From an uncultured Acidimicrobiaceae bacterium (GTDB taxonomy: Bacteria > Actinomycetota > Acidimicrobiia > Acidimicrobiales > Bog-793): a stretch of DNA of 64,000 nt. Within the stretch, counting starts at the first letter, position 1. Every line of letters starts with the position of its first letter. Under the pieces are notes generated by a model. That model did no database searches and was not told the DNA's origin. It saw nothing but the letters and a program-made list of their open reading frames with translations. Positions 20,943-29,842 of this stretch are shown one piece after another. The stretch spans positions 122,719 through 186,718 of the forward strand of contig CAWKGD010000001.1 in NCBI GenBank assembly GCA_963849105.1, written 5' to 3'. The position numbers and the translations under genes are program-made.

Positions 20943-21368
20943 TTGGAGGTCGTCATCGAGATCGACTGGGGCCGTCTGCGCGCCGAAGCCGACCGGATGG
21001 TCGAACGTGCGTACGCGCCGTACTCGCGCTTTCGCGTCGGTGCCGCGGGGCAGGTGTCGGACGGACGCATCTTCAGCGGCTGCAACGTCGAAAATGCGTC
21101 GTACGGGTTGACGCTGTGTGCCGAGTGCGGGCTCGTCTCCGAGTTCGTCGCGAACTCGGGCAGCGCCCTCGTCGCTCTCAGCGTCAAGAGCAGCTACGGC
21201 GACTTCCTCACGCCGTGCGGGAGATGTCGCCAGCTCCTCGTCGAACATGGCACGGTCGGACTCGTCATCGACCAAGGGCCGGCGCGTCCGCCGAGACTCT
21301 TGAGTGAACTGCTTCCCGACCCGTTCACGAGTTCCGATATCCCGAACCCGGGGAATGGACCGACCTAG
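20943..21368 (+). CDS. cdd: Cytidine deaminase (start uncertain)
   Basis: AYAPYS, GCNVENASY, CAE and PCGRCRQ motifs. Confidence 0.92.
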   Translation: MEVVIEIDWGRLRAEADRMVERAYAPYSRFRVGAAGQVSDGRIFSGCNVENASYGLTLCAECGLVSEFVANSGSALVALSVKSSYGDFLTPCGRCRQLLVEHGTVGLVIDQGPARPPRLLSELLPDPFTSSDIPNPGNGPT

Positions 21369-22656
21369 CCCGGGCGAGTTCAGCTTCGACGTCGTCGATC
21401 TCATCCGACAGAAGCGGGACGGCTCGACGCTTTCTGACGACGCGATCGACTGGCTGATCGACGCCTACGGCAAAGGCTCGATCGCCGACGAGCAGATGTC
21501 GGCGCTGCTGATGGCGGTCTTCTTCCAAGGAATGACAAAAGAAGAGCTCGCGCAGTGGACCTCGGCGATGATCGCCTCGGGTGAGCGGATCGATCTCTCC
21601 TCGGTCTCTCGACCGACCGTCGACAAGCATTCGACGGGCGGTGTCGGCGACAAGGTCTCGCTGATCCTCGTCCCGCTCGTCGCGGCGTGCGGCGCCGCGG
21701 TGCCCCAGCTGTCGGGTCGCGGGCTCGGCCACACCGGCGGGACGCTCGACAAGCTCGAGGCGATTCCCGGGTTCCGTTCGGACCTCACGACCGCCGAGCT
21801 CGTGGCGCAGCTCGAGACGGTCGGTTGCGCGATCTGTGCCGCGGGCACGGGTCTCGTACCTGCCGACCGCAAGATGTATGCGCTGAGAGACGTGACAGGC
21901 ACCGTCGAGTCGATCCCGCTGATCTCGGCGTCGATCATGTCGAAAAAGATCGCCGAGGGTACGCATTCCCTCGTCCTCGACGTGAAGGTCGGCACCGGCG
22001 CGTTCATGGCCGACACCGAGCAGGCGACCGCGCTTGCCCAGGCGATGGTCGGGCTCGGTGAAGCCCACGGCCTCAATGTCACCGCACTGCTCACGGCGAT
22101 GGACACGCCGCTCGGCAACGCCGTCGGCAACGCGCTCGAGGTCGAAGAGTCGGTCGCGGTGCTCTCGGGCGGCGGGCCGAACGACCTCGTCGAGGTGACC
22201 TTGGCGCTCGCAAAGGAGATGTTGGCGCTCGCCGGCATCGAGGGCACCGAACCGGCGCAGGTCCTGCGCGACGGCTTCGCGCTCGACCGGTATCGGGCGA
22301 TGATCGCCGCACAGGGCGGCGACCCCGAGGCGCCGCTTCCCGTCGCGAAGCACAAGAAAGACGTCACCGCAGACCGTTCCGGCTACCTCGCGCGGCTCGA
22401 CGCACGCGGTGTCGGCGTCGCGTCGTGGCGGCTCGGCGCCGGTCGGCAGCGCAAAGAAGACCCCGTCTCTCAGACGGCGGGCGTGATCTGTCTGGCGAAG
22501 CCCGGAGCTGCCGTCGAAGCCGGCGAGTCGCTCCTCGAGCTGCACGCCGACAGCGAGGACCGCTTTGGCCGGGCGCTCGCGGCGCTCGACGGCGCGATCG
22601 AAATAACCGACGAGCCACCCGATCCGTCGCCGATTGTGCTCGGGCGGATCGGCTGA
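21355..22656 (+). CDS. deoA: Thymidine/pyrimidine-nucleoside phosphorylase
   Basis: DKHSTGGVGDK, SGRGLGHTGGTLDKLE and SIMSKK motifs. Confidence 0.94.
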   Translation: MDRPSPGEFSFDVVDLIRQKRDGSTLSDDAIDWLIDAYGKGSIADEQMSALLMAVFFQGMTKEELAQWTSAMIASGERIDLSSVSRPTVDKHSTGGVGDKVSLILVPLVAACGAAVPQLSGRGLGHTGGTLDKLEAIPGFRSDLTTAELVAQLETVGCAICAAGTGLVPADRKMYALRDVTGTVESIPLISASIMSKKIAEGTHSLVLDVKVGTGAFMADTEQATALAQAMVGLGEAHGLNVTALLTAMDTPLGNAVGNALEVEESVAVLSGGGPNDLVEVTLALAKEMLALAGIEGTEPAQVLRDGFALDRYRAMIAAQGGDPEAPLPVAKHKKDVTADRSGYLARLDARGVGVASWRLGAGRQRKEDPVSQTAGVICLAKPGAAVEAGESLLELHADSEDRFGRALAALDGAIEITDEPPDPSPIVLGRIG

Positions 22657-22698
22657 CACGGCTTCGACGACTCGGCACCGTGCCGATACCGTTGGGTC

Positions 22699-23814
22699 GT
22701 GCCCTCGAGGAGCCCTTCGTTCCCCGAAATCGTCGCGGCGCCGAAAGTGCTGCTGCACGACCATCTCGACGGCGGCCTGCGCCCGGAGACGATCGTCGAG
22801 CTCGCGTCGGAATTCGGCTACCGCGGCCTGCCAACGACCGACCCCGCCGAGCTCGGTCGGTACTTCGTTTCCGAGACCCCTCGCCGGGATCTCGTCAGAT
22901 ACCTCGAGAGCTTCACCCACACCGTCGGCGTGATGCAGCACAAAGAGGCACTCGAGCGCGTCGCCTTCGAGTGCGTTGAAGACCTCTCCCTCGACGGCGT
23001 CGTCTACGCCGAGGTGCGTTTCGCCCCCGAACTCCACACCGAGGCGGGGCTCGAGCTCGACGAGGTGGTGGAGGCGGTGCTCTCCGGTTTCAACGTCGGA
23101 ATGGCCGCGGCCGCCGCCGCCGGGAGGCCGATCGTCGTCAGGGCGCTGCTCTCGGCGATGCGCACCGCGGCCCGCTCGCTCGAGATCGCCGAGCTCGCCG
23201 TGCACTACCGCGACGTCGGGGTGTGCGGGTTCGACGTCGCCGGCGCGGAGGCCGGCTACCCGCCGACTCGGCACCTCGACGCGTTCCAGTTCGTCCAGCG
23301 CGAGAACTTCCACGCCACCCTGCACGCCGGCGAGGCGTTCGGGCTGCCGTCGATCTGGGAGGCGCTGCAGTACTGCAACGCCGAGCGCCTCGGCCACGGG
23401 GTCCGCATCGTCGACGACATCACGGTGGAAGCCGATGGTGTGACCCGGCTCGGGCGACTGGCGAGCTACGTGCGGGACCGTCGCGTCCCACTCGAGCTCT
23501 GCCCGACGTCGAACGTCCACACCGGGGTCGTCGCCTCGATCGCCGAGCACCCGATCGGCCTGCTCTTCAAGCTGCGCTTCCGCGTCACGGTGAACACCGA
23601 CAACCGGCTGATGAGCGGGGTGACGCTCTCCTCAGAACTAGCAAAGGTCGCCGAGACCTTCGAGTGGGGCTGGTCGGATTTGTCGTGGCTGACGATCAAC
23701 GCCATCAAGAGCGCCTTTTACCCTTTCGACGAGCGACTGAGATTGATCGACCAGAAGATCAAGCCCGGATTCGCCGCCCTCGCCGACGCGCCGCCGAGAA
23801 GCGTCGAGATCTAG
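22699..23814 (+). CDS. add: Adenosine deaminase
   Basis: HDHLDG, HAGE, RLGHG, CPTSN and NTDN motifs. Confidence 0.94.
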   Translation: MPSRSPSFPEIVAAPKVLLHDHLDGGLRPETIVELASEFGYRGLPTTDPAELGRYFVSETPRRDLVRYLESFTHTVGVMQHKEALERVAFECVEDLSLDGVVYAEVRFAPELHTEAGLELDEVVEAVLSGFNVGMAAAAAAGRPIVVRALLSAMRTAARSLEIAELAVHYRDVGVCGFDVAGAEAGYPPTRHLDAFQFVQRENFHATLHAGEAFGLPSIWEALQYCNAERLGHGVRIVDDITVEADGVTRLGRLASYVRDRRVPLELCPTSNVHTGVVASIAEHPIGLLFKLRFRVTVNTDNRLMSGVTLSSELAKVAETFEWGWSDLSWLTINAIKSAFYPFDERLRLIDQKIKPGFAALADAPPRSVEI

Positions 23815-23986
23815 GAACCGATCCGTCAGCGTCCCGGCTCGCCGCATCGATGAGTGTCCACCGCCCGGCCCCAAAGCGTCGCAACTGATGACGGCGCTAT
23901 CTACGTTCGAGCTCGCCGACGGGCGGCGCGCCGTGGTGCCTGCTTGAGACTTCTGACAGATGCGACGGTTGATTCGTAGCGTTTAG

Positions 23987-24160
23987 AGGTCCGAACGGGG
24001 TTTGCTCACGAAGTGCCTGCCCCGGATTCGTCCGGTTGGCTTTTGAACGAAGAGCGTCCCGTTCGGATCTTGCCGCGGCGTGGCTCGAAAGAGGAACACG
24101 CACGAACAATCTCAAGCAGGAGTGCCCTCCGCGGTTTCCCATCAGCTGAGACCACGGAGG
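23987..24160 (+). ncRNA. Candidate IS110 bridge-RNA-like RNA in the left non-coding end
   Basis: 14-bp closing stem 23987-24000 / 24057-24070 enclosing hairpins CCGGA-TTCG-TCCGG and GCTTTT/AAGAGC; second domain CCGCGG..GCGTG..CTC-GAAA-GAG..CACGC..CCGCGG. Confidence 0.55.
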
Positions 24161-24168
24161 AAGTGTCG

Positions 24169-25199
24169 ATGACGGTGATCATCGGAGTAGATCCGCACAA
24201 GGCAAGCCACACGGCCGTTGCCGTGAGCAGCAGGGAAGAAGAGCTGCCCGCACACAGGTCCGCGCCGGCGGCAGCCAGCTCGAGCATCTCGTCACTTGGG
24301 CCGAACCATTCCGAGAGCGCACGTGGGCGATCGAGTCGGCAGGAGGTCTCGGCTACCTCTTGTCCCAGCAGCTCGTCGCCGCCGGCGAGGAAGTGTTCGA
24401 CGTGCCGGCGACGCTCGCCTCCAGGGTGCGCGTCCTCGCCACCGGTCGGTCGAACAAGAACGACCCGAACGACGCGCTCTCGATCGCCGTCGCCGCGCTG
24501 CGCTCGAAAGATCTGCGCCGGGTCGAACCGGTCGGTCACGCTGAGGTGCTGCGCCTCCTCGCCAAGCGCAACAACGACATCGGAGATCAAAGGACCCGAG
24601 TCGTCTGCCGGCTTCACGCGATGCTCGCCGAGCTCTCCGGTGGTGGCATTGACAAGGAGATCTATGCCTCCGACGTCGACCGCTTCCTTTTGGAACACAA
24701 GGCCGAGACCCCGGTCGAACAGGTCCGCTTCGATCTCGTCGCAGAGCTCTTAGACGACATCCGTCGCCTCGATCAGCAGTTAAAGGTCTCGCACAAAAGG
24801 ATCCGAGACGCCGTTAGAGCGTCTGGAACCTCGGTGACGGAGATCTATGGGATCGGACCGATCATCGCCGCGATGCTGATCGGCTACTCGGGCGACATCA
24901 CGCGCTTTGCCAACCGCGACCACTACGCCTCTTACAACGGAACCTCCCCGGTCGAGTTCTCCTCTGGGGGTCGGGTCGTCCACCGCGTCTCACAACGCGG
25001 CAACCGCAACTTGAATCATGCGCTCCATATGGCGGCGGTCTGTCAGCTCCGCCAAGTCCACTCCGAAGGCCGCGCTTATTTCGACCGGCGCGTCGCAGAA
25101 GGAAAGACGGGGAGGGAAGCGCTCCGGGCGTTGAAGCGCCACGTGAGCAACGCCGCCTATCGAAAGCTCGTCACCGACGCGAAGCGCTCGAAGAAATAG
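24169..25199 (+). pseudogene. IS110 transposase/recombinase with a -1 frameshift near 24245-24257
   Basis: GGAGG RBS; IGVDPHK in one frame, then WAIES, KNDPND, GIGPI, VEFSSG and GNRNLNHAL in the -1 frame. Confidence 0.88.
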
Positions 25200-25200
25200 T

Positions 25201-25360
25201 GGGTCCGGGAGGACAATAGGGAGCGACTCATAGCCAGCGCGGTCGGCTTTACATCCCTGAACACCGGCTCTTTGGCGAAGTCACTCCCGAACCCAATGGA
25301 AGCCTACGCAGCCGCACCACTCGGTGGCGGCTCGGAGTCGCGCGTCCGGAACCGAGTCAT
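25201..25360 (+). ncRNA. Structured right non-coding end of the IS110 element
   Basis: Long-range stem GGGTCCGGGAG..CTCCCGAACCC (25201 to about 25294), then AGCCGC..GCGGCT and CTCGG..CCGAG hairpins. Confidence 0.4.
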
Positions 25361-25639
25361 AACGAGCTCTTGACACAAAGAGGATTCGTTCTGTGCGCAG
25401 ATCCGCTCCAAAGTCGGCCCGGAAGCAGCGCACCGATTTGTGGCGAGAGGGGCCGGCGGAATTCTTCCGGACCACCCGCAGCCCTCGACCCTGACCCGAA
25501 GCGAACAAGCGGTCCGCCCCACTGGCCGTGTGGTGTGTTGCTCCGCTTCGCGCTCTCGGTGTCACCGACCCCGTCGCCATGCCAACAGCTCGCGGGTGAC
25601 GCTGTGGGTGGATCGAGGACTACGCTGGTGGCCGCCGGT

Positions 25640-26482
25640 TCAGGCGATCGGGCGCAGCCTGTCGAGCAGCTCGGTTTGAGAGTGGGCGCCGATTTTGCGG
25701 AAGATCGCCTTTAGGTGATTGCGGACGGTGTGCTCGCTCAAATAGAGCGTGCGCGCGATCGACGCGACGCGTCGGCCGTCGAGAAGCAGCGCAAGCACGT
25801 CGCGCTCACGTCGAGTGAGCGAATCTGGCCAAACGAACGGTTCGATGTCCACCGACGAATCTGAGAACCGCTCGCGCCGAGCCAACTGCTCGCCGTTTGG
25901 TGCCGTGCGTTGCATCGATGCCTCGTCATTGGAGCGGTCTGGTTCCGGGGTCAACAGGCAGACCGCGAAGCGTCCCCGGCCGGCACTCGGAAAGGCGCTG
26001 ATTGTCATGCGAACCCGCACGCGACCGCGGTCCTGGGTGAGGAGCTCGAAGCGCGTCGAGGCTGCGCCGGACCCCTCGACCGACAGCAACGACGCCATCG
26101 CTTCCAGCATGCGCAAGTACTTCAGTCGTTGGTCGCGTGGGACATAAGGAGGCGGGTCCGAGGTGTCGGCCGGCTGGCAGGCATCCGCACCGACGAGATC
26201 GTCGAGGGCTGGGTTCGAATAGACGCGGTGCCCGGCGCCATTGACGACGAGGACGCCGTCGCTGAGGTCGTCGATGATCGTCTTTAGTGACTGGTCGAAC
26301 CATGCCTGGGTTCTGCGCTGGCGCAGGCCCAAATCCGCAACCGCCCGCGCCGAGGTTTCGTCTGTTCGGTCCGCCGAACTCTCTGCTGTTCGCTGCAACG
26401 CTGACCTCTCACTCCTTCGTGACGAGTGAGGCACCCCCGTGCCGTTTGCGAAGCCCCTCTTCGTTACGTCTTGTCGGTCCAC
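25640..26482 (-). CDS. LuxR-family regulator with an N-terminal PAS-like domain (start uncertain)
   Basis: LTRRERDVL..IARTLYLSEHTVRNHLKAIFRK HTH; PAS-like IIDDLSDGVLVVN..YSNPA. Confidence 0.85.
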   Translation of the reverse strand: MDRQDVTKRGFANGTGVPHSSRRSERSALQRTAESSADRTDETSARAVADLGLRQRRTQAWFDQSLKTIIDDLSDGVLVVNGAGHRVYSNPALDDLVGADACQPADTSDPPPYVPRDQRLKYLRMLEAMASLLSVEGSGAASTRFELLTQDRGRVRVRMTISAFPSAGRGRFAVCLLTPEPDRSNDEASMQRTAPNGEQLARRERFSDSSVDIEPFVWPDSLTRRERDVLALLLDGRRVASIARTLYLSEHTVRNHLKAIFRKIGAHSQTELLDRLRPIA

Positions 26483-26577
26483 TCTGGGCTATGCGTCTTT
26501 CGATTCAGCATGCTCGTCGCGCGTGTTGTTTGCACCATCAACGTTGATGAATTCATCTACCGAATGGTCAAGAAACC

Positions 26578-26611
26578 AAAAAGGAGGGGCCAATCTTGGC
26601 TGGCCCCTCCT
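26578..26611 (-). terminator. Rho-independent terminator of the 701-aa secreted protein gene
   Basis: 11-bp stem AGGAGGGGCCA / TGGCCCCTCCT followed by TTTTT on the minus strand. Confidence 0.8.
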
Positions 26612-26639
26612 CTCTGCTTTCGGCTACTTCCCTGCGCCG

Positions 26640-26673
26640 TGGAGACGGGGCGACCGGGGTCGCTCCGTCTCCA
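26640..26673 (-). terminator. Second 3' UTR hairpin of the same gene
   Basis: TGGAGACGGGGCGACC-gg-GGTCGCTCCGTCTCCA, 15 of 16 positions complementary. Confidence 0.55.
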
Positions 26674-26694
26674 GCGGCACAACTCGGGCGAGCC

Positions 26695-28800
26695 TTACAG
26701 CGTCAACCCCGCGATTCTGAACGCGAGGCGCCGCTGCTGGGCACGCAGGTGCGCCAGATGACGCTCCAGCAGGAGGCGCTGTGCCTTCGTCAGCGTGTGG
26801 CTGCGCAACGCCTTCTCTGCCGCCTTGATCTCCTTGCCGAGCACCCTGAACTGCCGCGCAAGCTTCTCCACCTGGGAGCGAACTTTCGGGGTCGTGTTCA
26901 GGACGCTGACGACCTTGGCGACCGAGATGGCCTCAGGAAGCGTCGGGGCCGTGGTTGTACCGGCGTTCGAGCCGCCGGGGTTGGCCACAGTCACCGGAGC
27001 CACTGTTGTCGTCGAGCCGGACGCCGGTGGATCGACGTTCGTCCAGGTGATGTCCGTCTCGGACGGGCCTTGACTCATCGTCACGTCGACCGAGGAGCTT
27101 CCGCCCGACACATTGAAGCCGCTCATGTTCGAGAGCACGGGCTCGGTGGTCAATGCCCACGTACCGCCCGGGCCGTCGTACAGACCGACGTTGGTCAGGT
27201 TCGACGACACTGCGGTCGCCGAGTACCCGGTCGTTCCGGCCTCAGTGACGAGCTGAGTGCTGTTGTACGGCAGGTAGGAAACGTAGGACGGTTCCGGAAC
27301 GTTCTGCTTACCGTTGCCGTTCAATCCCAAGTTCAGCGTCGGAGTCGCGAACACACAATCTCCGGCGTAAACCTGCACCGTGATCGTCCCGGTCGCGATG
27401 GCCCACGGGGACCAAGCCGGGTTGACCTTGCCCGTCGACAGGAATTCCTGCACGTACTGCGGACCGGTCACCGTGAAGGTGTACGGCCCCGTGCTGTCCG
27501 GCGCGTCCTTGCAGATCTTCAGCGAAGACGGGGTGGCGAGTCCGTTGACGAAGTCGATTTCGGCTTCGTCGCCATTCGTCGTCCCTGTCACCGGTGCGCC
27601 GACGATGAACTCTGTCGTCCGGTTGGTGATGTCGGGGTAGCCAGTCACGTCGGACTCAGCCCCGGAATCTTTGATCGCGTAGACCTCCGTCCCCGGTGTG
27701 ATGCCTTCGGTGACCGTCACCGTCGTGCCCGCGCGGTACTGCGTCGGGTTCGAGCACTCGCCGTTCGTCAGCGAGAAGCCGGCTGGTGCCGTGGTCGGTC
27801 CGGCCACGCCGCTCGCCGTCTCGGTGAACGAGTACTCCGTCGAGGTGCCGTAAGGCTGGTCGTTCGGGTCGCCCGCCCAGTCCTTGCAGACCTCAACTCC
27901 GACCGTGGCGTCCGTGTATGACACGACCGTCACGAGGCCGGGGCCCAACGTGCTCGGAAGCACCTCTGAGATGGACGCACCGTCAACGAGGTTCGCGTAG
28001 CCGAGCAAGGGAGCACCTTGCAGGTCGACGGTTGGCCCGTCTTCGGAGTCCAAGTTGGCAGAGATGCTCGTCACGTACAGGTTCGTCCCGTCTTCGGTGA
28101 CTTCCATCAAGCCAGCCGGAACGGTGATCGGGTTGCTGCACTGGTTGCCGCCCGGCGGGATGTACACCGAGACAGGATCGTCGTAGGTGAGTCCGCCCGA
28201 GCCGCTTTCCTCGTCGTTCGTGTTCGTGATGTCGAACGCGAAGGTTCCAGACAGCGCTCCGGGGTCATTCGCCGCGTCCGCCTTGCAGATCTCGGCAGTT
28301 CCGGTGACGAGGTCGTTGGTGAACCCAACCACCGCGGTCGAGCCGGCCTGCGCATCCGGGATCTTGAGGTAGACGGGCGTGAAGCCCGGTATGTCCGACG
28401 AGTTCCACGTCAGGTCGCCCTGACCGATGAGGTTCAGGCTGTCCTCCTCAGTGATCGAGGAGATCTGGTACCAAGATGCTGGTGCTTCCCAAATCTTGTA
28501 CGTGTACCCCGACTCAATACTGATCGGGTCGGCGCACGATCCGGCCTGAACATCGACTTCGTATGCGTCGTCGCCGTCTCTTTGGACGTAGAACACAAAC
28601 GGTGCGCCGTTGTTGTCGACCGTCACGTTCGGCGTCGCCGGGTCCGGCGTGAATGACTTGCAGATCTTGAGGTAGCTGTTGCCGTCGGGTACCGCCCCGG
28701 CCGGCGTCGCCGCCGCCAGGATCCCGACGAGGACGGACGATCCCACAAGCATCGCGAGGATCGCTCCGAGCTTCCTCATTCTCGTTAGTGGTTTACCCAT
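26695..28800 (-). CDS. Secreted 701-aa protein with four CnaB/SpaA-like repeats and a basic helical C-terminus
   Basis: AGGAGA RBS before ATG 28800; signal peptide ending AATPAGA; four repeats (I/V)CK..C..E..(N/D). Confidence 0.8.
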   Translation of the reverse strand: MGKPLTRMRKLGAILAMLVGSSVLVGILAAATPAGAVPDGNSYLKICKSFTPDPATPNVTVDNNGAPFVFYVQRDGDDAYEVDVQAGSCADPISIESGYTYKIWEAPASWYQISSITEEDSLNLIGQGDLTWNSSDIPGFTPVYLKIPDAQAGSTAVVGFTNDLVTGTAEICKADAANDPGALSGTFAFDITNTNDEESGSGGLTYDDPVSVYIPPGGNQCSNPITVPAGLMEVTEDGTNLYVTSISANLDSEDGPTVDLQGAPLLGYANLVDGASISEVLPSTLGPGLVTVVSYTDATVGVEVCKDWAGDPNDQPYGTSTEYSFTETASGVAGPTTAPAGFSLTNGECSNPTQYRAGTTVTVTEGITPGTEVYAIKDSGAESDVTGYPDITNRTTEFIVGAPVTGTTNGDEAEIDFVNGLATPSSLKICKDAPDSTGPYTFTVTGPQYVQEFLSTGKVNPAWSPWAIATGTITVQVYAGDCVFATPTLNLGLNGNGKQNVPEPSYVSYLPYNSTQLVTEAGTTGYSATAVSSNLTNVGLYDGPGGTWALTTEPVLSNMSGFNVSGGSSSVDVTMSQGPSETDITWTNVDPPASGSTTTVAPVTVANPGGSNAGTTTAPTLPEAISVAKVVSVLNTTPKVRSQVEKLARQFRVLGKEIKAAEKALRSHTLTKAQRLLLERHLAHLRAQQRRLAFRIAGLTL

Positions 28801-29842
28801 GCATTCTCCTTTGGTCCTATCTGAAATTGGGAGATTCGGTACTGCCTTCGACTTCCCGGCGAAACCAGACTCTGTTGCATGCAATTCAGGAAGTCGGCGG
28901 GAGCGGTTACGTTTGCGAGCCGCCCCGACGCTTGTTCCGAGTGAAACAAGTCCGGATCGGCAGGCCATCCGTCCAATACGCCACCCCCTTTCGATGGCTG
29001 GAAGCCCGCTCGCCAGGGCGCGGACTCAGCCCACTACGTGCGAACCGTAGGGATAGAGCGACTGTTCGACAATGGTCAGAGCGCGGATTGACTTGCAGTG
29101 AGTCTGCGATTCATCCGGAGTGTCTAGCGAAGAATGGGCTGCATGTAGTCGACGAGTCACGAAGCGTGCTCGTCAGCGGATCGCTTTTGCGTGCGACACA
29201 TTGGCCCTTTTCGAATCGGTTGCGCGTCTTGGAGACTGCAATCGAACATCTGTGACGCGAAGCCCGGTCCGCGAAGCGAGCGACAGCGGAGCGATCTCAG
29301 CCGATGCGATCCAGTTGTTCTCGAGAACCCGCAAAAATTTCCTCTTTGGTGCTGGCTGTCGTCGCGGGCGGTGCAGGAAGGCTCCGCTCGATCTGACGTT
29401 CTGCGCCTTCGTTCTCGTCGGAGGTCGGATGCGTACGATTGCCGATCGCCTCGTCGATCCGAGAGAGATCGAAAGCCCAGCTGGGTGTCGGTGTTGCGGG
29501 GGTGCCGCCGGATCGACAGAGACAACCTTCCAATGTCGTCGAGATCGGCTGGCTCTCGGGCTTCAAGTTTCCTTGCGAAGGCGGCGATTCGTCGAGATGA
29601 GACAAATTCCGATAAGTGGGTTTGGGACTTGCCGCGTATGGACGGATGACGAATTAACCACGGGCGGCGGTTCCGTCAACGCGTGATGCGTTTTAATTGA
29701 TTTCTGCGTCAACGTTCAGTCTTCTCGGCGCGTCGCGAGCGCGATTCATTTCGCAACGTTCGTCAATATGGATGATGTCCGCGCCTCGGTCTCGCTTTAG
29801 CTTGTCCTGGGTCTCTTTGTGCGGTGAGAGCCAAGGCGGACG

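Larger units (their letters stand above)
23973..25391 (+). mobile_element. IS110-family element of about 1.42 kb with predicted ends at a repeated TTC core
   Basis: Transposase gene with about 190-nt non-coding ends; TTGACA at 25370-25375 and TAGCGT at 23977-23982 join with a 17-bp spacer if circularised at TTC (23973-75 / 25389-91). Confidence 0.75.

Noticed and set aside
19061..21187. Apparent 708-aa PfkB fusion, and similar 5' extensions of hutU, permease 2 and hutF
   Set aside because: The extensions are off-frame reads of neighbouring genes; better starts exist next to the upstream stops
26925..26945. LPEAI as a sortase motif
   Set aside because: No Gly at position 5 and no following transmembrane segment
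29050..29690. ORFs in the 1-kb divergent intergenic region
   Set aside because: No motifs, RBS or typical codon bias; treated as non-coding
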